This document shows positions 1 to 12,700 of a stretch of 64,000 nt of DNA, piece by piece. The translations under genes and the position numbers were made by a program. The stretch is taken from contig MU053873.1 of NCBI GenBank assembly GCA_013239625.1, positions 3,114,524 to 3,178,523 of the forward strand. Direction: 5' to 3'. Within the stretch, counting starts at the first letter, position 1. Each line of letters starts with the position of its first letter. Source of the DNA: Lama guanicoe (lineage: Eukaryota). The notes below the pieces were generated by a model. It did no database searches, had not been told where the DNA came from, and saw nothing but the letters and a program-made list of their open reading frames with translations.

Positions 1-1594
1 TACCCTCTCACCGATTCTTCCCTTGCCTCCAGGGAGAAGCTCAAATGCCCCTTTGCACTCAGGATGAAATGGTCAGGACTCACTGAACTTCTTTTGATAC
101 TGGGCATCTGTTTGTCCCCTCTCCTCCTAGCCTGGCTCCTTGAGTCTGCTGCTCTTTCTCCCTGAGATGGTTTTACCAGCTCCTAATGAGTCTCCCTGGT
201 GCTGGCCTTTTCAGCCTTGGGGAGGCTTCTGCACAGGCCCTAGGGTGGAAAGAAGCAACTTTTCCCTGGTCCGATTTATAACCAGCAGTGGGGCCAAGTT
301 CAAACTCAGGCTCAATTGACCCCAGGGCCGCACTCTCTAAGCCTCCCTGCCTTTCCTCCAGCAGAGTCCAGCAGAAGCCGGAGCCAAAAATGGCTGGATT
401 ATCCACACGCCAGCTTCTAGAACCATGATTTAATTACAGCACCGATGCCAAGGGCTTTGAAAGTCCCAGGCTAGGTGTTTAAAACACAGGAAGTGAGGAA
501 GGTTTCGCTGCGCCTCGTTTTCCCTTCAAGGATTGCTCCCAGGGACACAGCAAATCCCCAACCCCCTTTCATCTTCCTTTTGCTTTTCCAGCTCTTTAGC
601 TGTGAACTGGGGTTTTTTTTTTTTTCCCCTTCCAGATAATTATTTACACAGAAGGAGAATAATTAGCAGCCCAAGAAACGCTTCTTTGTTCTCGGCTCCC
701 TGCCCCTGCCTGCCTCTCTTGTCTGAAGTGGTGCCGCTTGGAAGAGGGACATCAAAGCTGCTGGGGAGGGTTTGCACCGAGAGGGATTTTCTTTGTCTGA
801 CTGAGAAGCAAAGAAAGACAGTCTTGGCTTGTTCGTCTCTGCCCCGACTGCTGCCATTTCTCTGGGCCTGGGGGCCCCTACACCCAGCGACCTTAGAGAG
901 GTTAGAGTAATAGATGGCTGTCCACGTACAGTGGCTGTTTTCTTATTTGGTTTCCATCTCTTTCCCTGGACCACGAAAGGCATCTTCTGCCTTCTCAGAA
1001 AATGTCAGAGCTGAAAGAGAATGTTTGGTCTGGAAAACACGAAGTCAAATGCCTTTTGTGGCCAGCAGATCACAAGCTGAGTGACACCAGCAAGTATAAG
1101 ATAATGGAGAGGGGTGGCGTCGGGGGTAACTTAGAGCATACATGCTCCTCCTAAAATCTGTCTGTCACTGCTTTGTGGCAAAAGGGGCTCAAGGTGGGCT
1201 GATTCCCCATTTTTCTAGAGACGCTGGATACTTGAGTTTGCCTATGAAATTTTCTAAATTGAAAAATACTGTGAGGGCCAAAGGAAACACCCAAAGAAGG
1301 GCTGGCTGTAGCCCATGACCACCTAATTTGCAATGTGTGTTCCCATCCCATCTTCTCACAGATGAGGGAAACTCAACCTCAAACAGGAGTAGCGATTTAT
1401 CCAAGGTCACATGTAAGGGAAGAAGCCAGGACCGGAATCCAAGCCTTCAAGAATGTCATGGCTATTTCTAGCACTTCTTAAGATGCTTGACACACAGTAG
1501 GTACTTAAATAGTCAACTAGGCGATTAATAACAATATTTACTTAACCTTGATCATGTTTTAGCACTATACTAGACGTTACATGTCTTAGACATA

Positions 1595-2140
1595 CTCATC
1601 AGGACTCTTTTGGTTGCAAATAACAGGAACCCAACTCAAAACAGTTTAAATAAAGATGTATTGGCTGCCATATATAAAGTTGAGTGACCTTCAGGTGTGG
1701 CTGTATCTAGACGTTCACATCAATTGTCAGTTTGTTTCACTATCCCACATTCTCTTTTTCTCATTGCTACTGTCATGAAAGCAGTGGCTTGACTCCATTC
1801 CCAGATACGTGCAAGATGGCAACCGACAGCTCCAAGTTTGCCCCCTTTCCAGCTAAAGACTCTAGTAGGCAAAAGGGCTTCCTATCACAAGAGTTGAGCA
1901 AAAGTCCCAGGGCTGACCCTCATCAGACCAACTGAAGTCACTGCTCATCCTTAAACCAATCGCTGTGCCCAAGAGGATGAAATGGTCTGATTGGCTTTAT
2001 CTAGGTCATGTGATGACACTTAAGCTTGAGTGGAAGGAAGAGGGAGGTGCACCAACCCCATCTGATTCCACAACCTGAGAGTAGAGGGCGGGATGCCCCA
2101 AAGGAACATCAGGGTGCTGTTAGGAGAATGCAGACTGTAC
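1595..2140 (-). mobile_element. Old MaLR LTR (MLT1J/K-like), boundaries approximate
   Basis: tcaggactcttttggttgcaaataacaggaacccaactcaaa and ctgattggctttatctaggtcatgtg resemble recalled MLT1J/K consensus blocks. Confidence 0.6.
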
Positions 2141-2295
2141 AGACACAGGCCACCAATGCCCACTCCATCAGTGTTCATTCTTGCAGCAGCCTTGCAAGAT
2201 AGGTATTTCCCTGGATCCATGTGACTCCTTGAAGTGAGATATGGAACCAGAGGTATGCTCTCTATTCAGAAAAAAAAAAAGTAAACTTTCTAAGA

Positions 2296-2492
2296 CAGAT
2301 TTCAAATGGGGGACAATTTTTGGCAACAATGGAGACATTTTTGATTGTCAAAACTGGGAAGGAGTGCTACCAGCTTCTTGCGGGTAGAGAAGTCAGAGAT
2401 GTTATTCACCACCCTTCAATGCACAGGACAGCTTCCACCACAAAGACTTATCCAGTCCAAAATGTCAGCAGTGTGGCAGCTGAGAAATCCTG
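2296..2492 (+). mobile_element. MER20 (hAT-Charlie) DNA transposon
   Basis: ggagacatttttgattgtca, caatgcacaggacagc and tgagaaatcctg match MER20. Perfect 8-bp TSD TTCTAAGA at 2288-2295 and 2493-2500. Confidence 0.88.
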
Positions 2493-3164
2493 TTCTAAGA
2501 CTTAGCTACTAAAGATACTGCAAGCACATGTATTCAAGGCGTACAGACATACAGGAGCCATACCTCCTCTCGGACTTTGTCCACTTACTTATAATAGGAT
2601 GAAGCAGACAGAGGATCAGAGCCAATCCCACTTCCTGGAGGAGGCATCCCATATGCTCGTGCCCAAAGCGAGTTCAAGCTGGCAGAAAAAGGCTATCATT
2701 CATGGGGGCAGCTCAAGTTCTAGCAAACACGATCTCTGGGATCCTAAAGTGACCCACCCACTGGCAGGCACTGGGGAGATCAGAGAAATGGGTATCAGGG
2801 AAATCCACTGCAAGGATCAAACTTGGAGCTGGGGTCTAAGGCCCAAGAGGGAACTGGGAAGACGGAGGCAGGTCCTGAGCATCTCAGAGATAGAGACCCA
2901 GGTCAAAGTGTAAGAGATGAGCCAGGGCACTGGATGAGGGCAGAGGACACAGAGAAGGCAGAGGCCCCAAGGAAGACTGGGTGACGGGCAACCCCAAGGC
3001 ATGAGTCCAACAGAGCTTAAATGTGGCATCTGCACACGGGATCAGTCCTTCCTGCTGAGGCAGGGTGGGCTGTAAGCAGAAATCAGTTACAAATGTGAGA
3101 GGAGCAAACCTGGGAAGGTCGGACCTAGGCATATCTTAACTAGTAGAGTCAAGCCAAGATGTGT

Positions 3165-5560
3165 TTTTCCAACTTTTTAAATTGTGATAAAATATACATA
3201 AAATAAAACCTATGTACCTTAACCACTTTTAAGTGTACAGGTCAGTGGTGTTGAGTGTATTCACATTGTTGCACAGCCATCACCACCACCCAGCTCATGA
3301 ACTCTTTCCATCTTGCAAAATTGAAACTCTGTCCCCATGAAATAGCAACGCCCCATTCTCCCCTCCCCCAGCCCCTGAAAACCCGCCATTCTACCTTCTG
3401 TCTCTATGGTTTTGACTATCCTAAGTACCTCATACAAGTGGAATCATACAGTATATGTCTTTTTGCAACTGGCTTATTTCACTGAGCATAATGTTGTCAA
3501 GGTTCATCCACGTTGCAACATGTGTCAGAATTTCCTTCCTTTTTAATGCTGAATACTATTCCATCGTGTGCACAGACCACATTTTGTTTATCCATTCACC
3601 CGCTGTTGGACATCTGGGTTGCTTTCTATGTTTTAACTGCTGTGAATAATGTTGCTACAAAAGATTGATATACAAATACCTCTTTGAGATCTGGCTTTCA
3701 GTTCTTTCGAGTAGACACCCAAAAGTGGAATTTCTGGATTACATGGTAATTCTATTCTTAATTTTTTGAGGAACCACCATACTGTTTCCATAGCAGCTGT
3801 ATCATTTTACATTTCCACCAACGGTGTACAGGGTCCAATTTTTCCACATTCTCATCAACATGGGTTATTTTCTGTTTTGTCTGTCTTGTTTTGTTTTGTT
3901 TGCCAGTAGCCATCCTAATGGGTGTGAGGTGGTATGCCATTGTGGTTTTGATTTGCACTTTCCTAATGATTAGTGATGTTGAGTACTTTTTCATGTGCTT
4001 TTTGACCATTTGTATATCTTCTTTGGAGACGTGTCTGTTCAAGTCTTCTGCCCATTTGTAAATTGAACTGTTCAGGGTTTTTGTTGTTGTTGAGTTTTAG
4101 GAGTTCTCTATATGGTCTACATATTTATCCCTTTATTGATATATGATTTGCAAATAATTTCTCCCATTCTATGGGTCTCCTTTTTACTTCATTACTGTTT
4201 TCTTTTGATGAAAAATTTTTAAAAAATTTTTCATGAAGTCTAATTTGTCTATTTTTACTTTTGTTTCCTGTGCCTTTGATGTCATATCCAAGAAATCACT
4301 GCCAAATCCAATGCTGTGAAGTTTTACCCCATGTTTTCTTCTAAGAGTTTTATGGCTTTGATTCATTTGGAGTTAATTTTTGTATGCGGTATTAAGTAAA
4401 GGTCCAGCTTACTGAAAATCATTGACCCATAAATCTGGGCTATTTATTCCATTGATCTATATGTCTGTCACTAAGCCAGTACCACACTATTGTAATTATG
4501 GTAGCTTTGTCATAAAATTTGAAATCAGAAGTGTGATTCCTTGAGTTTTTTTCTTCTTTTTCAGGATTGTTTGGCTATTTGAAGTCTTTTGCAATTCCAA
4601 ATTATTATTTTTTTAATTGAAGTACAGCTTATATTTTTTTATTTTGATTTACAATGTTGTATTAGTTTCAGGCATACAGCAAAGTGACTCAGTTATTCAT
4701 ATATATGTGTGTGTGTGTGCGTGTATATATATACATACATACATATATATATATGTTACTGGCCATAAAGTTCAGAGGCTAATGTTTATCGAGGGTCAGC
4801 CAATGAGTTATTTGTATTTGTGCTGATTTAATTATCTCATCTTAATGGTTTGTTTATTCATTCAACCATTATATATATTTCAGTTTCTTTTCCATTACAG
4901 GTTATTAAAAGATATTAATATAGTTCCCTGTGCTCTACACTAGGTCTTCCTTGTTTATTTATTTTATATATGGTAGTATGCATCTGCTAATCTCAAACTC
5001 CTAATGTATCACTCCCCACCGCCTTTCCACTTTGAAACCATAAGCTTGTTTTCTATATCTGTGAGTCTATTTCTAGTTTATAAATAAGTTCAGTAGTATC
5101 ATTTTTTTTAGATTTCACATGTAAGTGATATATTTGTCTTTCTCTGTCCAACTTACCTTACTTAGTATGATCATCTCTAAGTCCATCCATACTGCTGCAA
5201 ATGGCATTATTTCATTCTTTTTAATGGCCGAGTAATATTCCTTTGTGTGTATGTACACACATTTTTATCCATTCATCTGTCAATGGACATTTAGGTTGCT
5301 TCTATGTCTTGGCTATTGTAAATAGTGCTGCTGTGAACATTGGGGTCCATGTATCTTTTTGAATTAAATTTTTTGTCTTTTCCAGATATACGCACGGGAG
5401 TAGAATTGCTGGGTCATACTGTAACTCTCAAATGAATTTTAGGATGGGTTTTTCTACTTCTGCAAAAAACATCATTGGGATTTTGATACGGACTGTAGTA
5501 AAACTGTAGATAGCTTTGGGTAGTACTGACATCTTAACAAAATTAAGACTTTAAAAAATA
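3165..5560 (-). mobile_element. Old L1 (L1MA/MB-like) 3'UTR and ORF2 3' remnant, interrupted at about 4603-5428 by a younger L1
   Basis: ORF 3758..4042 ([45 protein letters not shown]) and 4184..4366 are L1 ORF2 C-terminal remnants. L1 sequence resumes at about 5430-5560. Confidence 0.9.
4603..5428 (-). mobile_element. Younger 5'-truncated L1 3' end nested in the older L1
   Basis: T-rich tail, then ttgaagtacag...tttacaatgttgtattagtttcagg and a (TA/TG)n tract. Similar to the copy at 8993-9787. Possible short TSD caaat (4598-4602 and 5429-5433). Confidence 0.88.
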
Positions 5561-6257
5561 TATTTTGTATGTGTATATACAGACATATATGTGAATGTGT
5601 TGGTATTTGTGTGTATTTTTGTTTATATGTTTGAATGTCTGGGTGTTGGCATCGTGTTTCATTTGAAAAACAGTATGAAGTGGCTCTAAATCTAAGACAC
5701 TCCTGGTCCACATCAGGAGCTCAATACCTGCTTTGCTGAATAGTAATGAATGATATTAAGTGAGCAGAGAATTTGTTACTGGCCATAAAGTTCAGAGGCT
5801 AATGTTTACCGAGGGTCAGCCAATGAGTTATTTGTATTTGTGCTGATTTAATCATCTCATCTTAATGGTTTGTTTATTCATTCAATCATTATATTATTTC
5901 CTAAATTAAGCATTTACTATGTGCTCAGTGCTCTATTTCTGCTAAGGATATAGCACGATGAACAAGACAGGCACAGTTTCTCCTGGAGCTTATGACTGAG
6001 CTGGGGAGAGAAAGACTCTAAAGAAACGATAATTAATGTTTTAACTAATAGCTGTTGTCTTCATTAAGGTCTGTTAGCTCATCTTAATGCAACTGGTTGG
6101 GCCTGTTAAGAGTGATAAGACTTATGTCCACCATGTTCTCAAGGATTATCGCTTTGTCCACTGGCTGGAAAAATGGGAAACAGAGTCCCGCATGGACCGC
6201 AGGTGGGAACCAGCCAACACAGCCTTGTGGGATGGGGTATTAAAAAGAACTAGACTG

Positions 6258-6378
6258 TAGAGGTAAAGGGGTGTACAGGAACTCTGTGCGTTCTGATCAT
6301 TTTCTCTGTAACCCTAAACCTTCTCTACAAAACGAATGTGTTAAAATAAAAAAACAACCCTGCCACATAAAAAAAAAA
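6258..6378 (+). mobile_element. Short retroposed insert with poly(A) tail and 16-bp TSD, inside a MIR
   Basis: TSD aaaaagaactagactg at 6242-6257 and 6379-6394. AATAAA at 6345-6350, A-tail from 6369, TT/AAAA target site. Confidence 0.85.
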
Positions 6379-6993
6379 AAAAAGAACTAGACTGGAGCCA
6401 GATATCCACAGTCAAGCTCTGACTGCCTTTCTCTGGCCATGTGACCTTGGTAAGTCACTTCATATTTTGGCCACCTCAGTCTGCAAAATGAGTCTAACCG
6501 TCTTTGTCTGCTCAGAGGGTGGTCTGAGCATCAAAGAGATTGTGGAAGCTCCTTTCCAACGCCGAGTGGGGCTGAATGCATCAGGCAGTATTTCCATTGT
6601 TTTCTTCACACGTGGGCTTTTTCTCATTTCTGCCGCTTGTTTACACCTGTGCTCTTGGCACTTCTGTCATTCCACGTGAGTAACTTCCGAATTAAAACTG
6701 CCACTCGGCTGGAAGGCCTTGGCGTCTCTTTTATTAATCTGAATATCATTCAAGTCAACATATGTTGTTTTCTAGCTGCACCAAGTAAATGATTCCAGAA
6801 CCAGTGATCTGGAATCAATGATCTTTGGTGATGGAACAGTATAACTGCAGAGAATGTAGAAATTTAGAGCAAACAGAGTCAGAGGTAAAAGGGAAAAGAC
6901 ACTGTTATCCCAGAGTCCAAGGTCTCCCAGCAGAAGCTGGCATCACGGTGGGCAAGTTCAACAGAATCTGGGGCCACACAGGCGACACACCAG

Positions 6994-6995
<2 letters not shown>

Positions 6996-7028
<33 letters not shown>

Positions 7029-7041
7029 GTGTGTGTGTGTG
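6996..7041. repeat. (TG)n microsatellite with one interruption
   Basis: Read directly from the sequence. Confidence 0.95.
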
Positions 7042-7271
7042 TAATTAACCCTCTTCTCCCTCTCCAGTTTCCTGTCAGTACCAGCCACTGCTGGACCCAG
7101 ACAGAAACCTGCTGACCCAGCAGCCTCAAGTGCACCAACAGGAGTCAGCTCCTTGGCAATTCCCTGAGCAGAAAAAAAAGGTGGGGGGGGGGGCGAGAGA
7201 GGTCACGGACCGGCACAGAAGCCCAGCTTCAAATTACAAGATCATGTGGTTTCCCAGAAATTCCCCCAGAT

Positions 7272-7465
7272 CAGGGATCAGCAAACTTTTCCTGTAAAGA
7301 GCCAGGGAGTAAGTATTTCAGGGTCTGCAGGCCGTTCAGTCTGTGATGCACTGACTCAGATTTGCTGTTGCTTGTGAAGCATCCACAGACCGTATACAAA
7401 CAAATTTGTTGTGTTCCATTAAGACTTCATTTATACAAACAGCAATAGGCCAGATCTGGCCCCCA
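7272..7465 (-). mobile_element. MER58A (hAT-Charlie), slightly truncated
   Basis: cagggatcagcaaacttttcctgtaaagagccag...gttccattaagacttcatttatacaaac...ggccagatctggccc is the reverse complement of recalled MER58A. Confidence 0.8.
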
Positions 7466-8992
7466 GGATGGAGGAATCTGGTGATGTATGAGAGACAGTT
7501 ACCACCTCTGCACCTGATACTCAGGAGGTGAACTCCTTGCTTCTCTCCACAGGAAGAGCATCTTGGGCTGTACAGACCGCAGAACGCATTTGAAAAAATT
7601 TTGAAAATATTCTTATGCTTAAAATGGTTTCTCCTGGGTTTCTGATGTGCAAAATCTTTCCTAGGCTGTCACAACAATCTACTACATTGTTACTACGTGT
7701 GACTTTAAGATGCACCAACATGCTGCAAGCTGGACCCACACGCCATCTCCAACCTTCTCTAGGACAACATGTAATTACTTCCTCCAAGAGCCCCAGGCAC
7801 AAGGGAAGCTTGAACAGCAGGGGGTTGATTTTGAATTGTACATAATGAACACCAGTCAAGGGCTGCTCCCTCATTGGTTTCAAGAGGCTAATCCTGTCTC
7901 TGGAATTGTGAGAACAATTCTCTAAAAACACCCTCTTGAGGTCTGAGGATGGATTTAGGCAGACAGTGGCAATGTATTCAAGCTGGAATTGGTCCAAAGT
8001 GGTGCAGACGGCAGCTGCTTAGTTCAGGGAGATGCTGTTCCCTTCCCCAAGCTCAGGGTGCTGACAATGCCCCGCTTGGGCTCCTCTTGTCTGGGAGAGA
8101 GTCTTCGTACTAGACTTTGACACATCCATGAAATAGAATTCCTCCCTTGAAGACACATTGCTTCAGAAAGCCCTCATTTCTTGGAATTCCAAATGGACAC
8201 AGAGCTGTTCATTTTGGTATCTGCATATGCCCTTTCTTCCCAGCCCAGGGTTGGGCTGTTGTAGACTTAGTGTCCCCACCATCTCCATCTCCTTCATCCC
8301 ACATTCTAGTCCTTCTTCCTTTCTTCCATTGACTCCCTTCATTAATGGTCCCAAGATCCATCACTCCAGCAGCCATGGCCCTCAGGCAGGTGCAGTAACA
8401 ACCAACATCACACAGACTCGTCTGGTTGGAAGAGTCTTGACTAAATTTGCTGACCACACGGCACCCACTACTCAGAAAATGTCTTTGTCCAAGTCTACTT
8501 CAGAGAAGTCCCAAAGATACTGTGACAGTCAAGATGACATGACCCTTCTCTCATAATCCTATTACCCTTCCTTTTATATGGCCGCCATATAGAAGAGGAG
8601 GGTGGGGAAGGAGAAGAGCTATCCTGTCTGGAGGTCCTGGATACATACAATTCAGATTTCTCACCTGCTCCACTTACCTTTGAATCACAGACTAGCCCTT
8701 GAAGCCCAGGGCATACCACCTTTTCTTTCACCTCCTCAGTCCCAGCTTTCCTCTTGTCAGTTTTATATCCCTCATCCTCAGCTTCACACACTTACAGATT
8801 ACACAGGTTACTGCCATCTGACCAGCCTTTCAGCTAACAATCTCTCCATTCACATCCAGTCCCCTCATGGTGGTCCCCATCCCCACTCCCATCCTGGTTT
8901 ATTATGACCTTGTGAGCAGAGTATGGACATCAACTTATAATATTGTTTAAATCTTTCTCCAAAAGTCATCAGCATTGAAACTGGTCTTCCCT

Positions 8993-9787
8993 GAACCCTC
9001 CAACACTGTTGGTAGGGATGTAAACTGGTGCAGCCACTATGGAGATCAGTATGGAGGTCCCTTAAAAAACTAAAGATAGAGTTACTGTATGATCCAGCAA
9101 TCCTACGACTGGGCATATATCCAGAGAAAAAAACTAATTTGAAAAGATACATGCACCCCAATGTTCACAGCAGCTCTATTTACAACAGCCAAGACATGGA
9201 AGCAACCTAAATGCTCATCAACAGATGAACATATAAAGAGAATGTGGCATATATAAAATGGAATACTACTCAGCCATAAAAAAGAATGAAATAATGCCAT
9301 TTGCAGCAATATGGACAGACCTAGAGATGATCATACTAAGTGAAGTAAGTCAGACAGAAAGACAAATATCACATGATATCACTTATATGTGGAATCTAAA
9401 GACAATGATACAAATGAACTTATTTATAAACCAGAAACAGACTCACAGACACAGAAAACAAACTGTGGTTACCAAAGGGTAAGGGGGAGGGGAGGGATAC
9501 ATTGGGAGTTTGGAATTAATGTATATACTACTATATACAAAATAGATAAACAATAAGAACCTACTGTATAGCACAGGGAACTATATTCAATATCTTGTAA
9601 AATAACCTGTAATGGAAAAGAATCTGAAAAAGTATATATATATACACACACACACACACACATACACACACACACATACACATATAACTGAGTCACATAT
9701 ATATATATATAACTGATTCACTCTGCTATACCCCTGAAACTAACAATTATAAATCAACCATACTTCAATAAAAAAAAGAAATTTAAA
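8993..9787 (+). mobile_element. 5'-truncated L1 (ORF2 C-terminus and 3'UTR) with TSD
   Basis: ORFs QPLWRSVWRSLKKLKIELLYDPAI and MEYYSAIKKNEIMPFAAIWTDLEMIILSEVSQ are ORF2 end remnants. A-rich tail. 15-bp TSD aaactggtcttccct (8978-8992) and aaattggtctttcct (9788-9802). Confidence 0.93.
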
Positions 9788-12700
9788 AAATTGGTCTTTC
9801 CTAGTACTTTGCAAGAAGTTACCTTGGATTGATGAAATTTTCTAAAAGCGGTAACATTTCTGAAAGCAGATTCTCATTGCTCATACTTGTTTTGTAGGCC
9901 TTGAACAGTGCTGTGCATGGGACAATAGTAAATAGGGTTTATCTCATTTTCTAAATCCAGTTGATTGGGAGTGCCTGCCTCAAGACACACCCAGGCTTAG
10001 TGGGAAACAGTTCCATTATTGATTAGTAATGTCTGCAGCAGGTGCAGGCTCTGAGAGTGATGACATGCATGCTACTTACCTGCTGTCCCTATGATAAGGT
10101 GCCTAGCTAGTAATTGCTGAAGCCAAGTGGGATAAAAAGAGCTTGGAACCCAGAGTTTAAAAAGATAGGGTTTTAAATGAGCATTTCTGCTAATTAGCTG
10201 GTCCTCTCGGGCCCTCCACTGCCTTAACTATTAAGGGAAAAGTTGAGACCCAAACAAAAATATTTAACCTGGAGCCCCCAACTTTGCAGAAGCTGTGAAG
10301 ACACAGATGAACACTCTCCCAAATGACTGTTCATATTCCAAAAGGACTAATGAAAAGGCCATAGCAGGAAATGGTTAGAGTGACTTTGTGGTTGGATCAC
10401 CCCGAGTTTGGAGCTGGGTGGGCAAGTTACAGAACTCCTCTGTACCTCCGTTTCCTAAGCTGGGAAATGAGGACAATTTCATGATGGTCTAAGACAAATG
10501 AAGTAAGGCACGATTTGTCATCCCCCTGGTGGGGCCCCAGTAGGCACCTAACACTTCTGATCATTATTGGTATCATTATTATTTTAGATGGGACGGGCCT
10601 CTTATCTTTCAGAAGTATCCTATTAACTGAGTGGTCTTTAGTTACACAGACCCGTGGTTATTCCGTGGGGAAACACAGCCTTTTCCAGATGATCAGAGCA
10701 GTTTAGTTTTCTGGCTGCATCCTTTAGAACATGAGACCCACGGGAAGTGGGGGAAACATATCAAAGAACCTTCTGATGTGGAAAAGGCCAGGGACCCCGG
10801 GGATGGTTGTCCTCCACAACCCTTTCTTACTCCGAACGTCTGCACTCCACGAAATGCCAGCAACACATCTCCACAGGACTCGGCACACAGAGGCAGCTCT
10901 CTTGGTGGGGGAGCAATGTCATTCTGAGATTTTTCTGTACTATTCGGTGACTCAGTGTACAGTTTGTGTCCCCTGTTGGGCCAATTACCGACTTAAAATG
11001 TTGTTAGGAAAAGACGAGGACATTCATTATGTAGCAGCAAGCTCTCAGGCTCAGTGGTTTTCTATTTATGCTGTTTGAAAAGCTAGCCTTCCTTGGGCTC
11101 TTTGTGTGTAAGTGTCAGAGGCTTCGCTGGTAGCTGTCCATCTTTCCTGCCCACGGCCGTCCATCACCCTGTCCCACCCTGCAGGGACCCGCCAGGACAG
11201 GAGCCACAGAGAACAAAGAGGTGAGCAGGAGCCAAAGGTGCTGGGGACCCAGAAGCTGAGGACTGTGAGACTGGAGGCAATGAAGAAATGTGAGGCAGGA
11301 CTTGATTTATCCGGTCAGCGTAAATGTGGCTTAAATGGAGGGGTGATCACATGATGCCAGAACCAAGGGTGAATTCGATGACACCTGAAACCATCGAATA
11401 AAAACCAACACTCTCCTGGTGTGAAAGGAAGACCAGACTAGGAGTGAGAACACCTGGGTTCTCGCTGTGGCCTGTCTGACTTTGAACAAGTAACCAAGTC
11501 TTTCTGGCTCCCAGCCCTTTCTTCTGCAAACTAAAATTGTTTGGTGAGACCTTCATTGTGTGGCCTTCATTTCCATCCAGCCCCTGTGATCCATGGGTTT
11601 ATGGTTCCATGAACCCCAGCCCATGGAGACACTAAGTTCTTCAGCAGATTCCTATTTTGGCTTCACTGAAACCCAGTCTCAGCACTTACAATAGACTCTC
11701 AATCGACCACAGGGGAGGGTCTCCCAGCTTTGGATCCACCCTGGATCCATCCACTCCATATCTGCAGTGTAGAACTCCAGACTCCAGTGAGCTGGAGTTC
11801 TCTTCACTCATCTCACCAATCATCTCCATCCGGCAAATAAATCTTTTATTGCAAGACATGCATGCACAGCCACTTTTTATTAATCCAAGTCTGCTTAGAT
11901 TAATCAGGGAACAGATGCATGCTTTCACTCGACTTGTCTTAAGCAAAATGAGCTCATCTCAGGCATGGGCTCAGTTCCTCCAGGTGGGTGGAATCTTCTC
12001 TGCATCTTCAAGCCAGCCTGCCATCCAAGCCCTCGCCTCTTCGGGAGCCTGCTTCTCGAACCCAGCTACGAAGAGGCACGCACTTTCTCCCCAAGTGGCT
12101 CTCCTGATTTTGCTTTTCTTTATTTTCTCCTACTTTTTAAAATAATTCACTTGCTTTAAAATATTAGGCACAAGGTTTCCAGAGGTAAGTTACTTCAGGG
12201 AACCTGGATTTCTTGATTAGCTAAAATATGGCAATGGTGTTTCTCCACCTCCCTGGCCTCCTTTCTGGTCTCCTGACAAACAGAAAGGTAAAAGGCTGCA
12301 AAGCGACATGATCCCCTTTGCCAACGTGATGGTGACAATCTCTATGATGGCTTTTCCCCTTCGATCTAAAGGGAGAGACTTTCCTCTCTCAAAAGAGAAA
12401 GCTTTCCTCACTAGAGTCATCAGCATCTCAGTGTTTACTGAGTTAATATGACAATGGTCTCCTTAGCAACCTCACTCTCACAGGGTTAGAGGAGACAAGT
12501 CCTTCTTTACTGCTCCAGGTTACAAAAACCCCGGCCTAGACCAGAACACGGCTCTCCCCAACATCGGTAAACAGCATGTAATGAGGTTACGAGAAAAGCC
12601 AGTGATACAAGATAGCTTTTCCCTGAGTAGCAAGGCAGGGTTGTTATGCTACACAGTGGTACTCTGTAACTAAGGACCTGGCAGACAATGGGATGGATGG

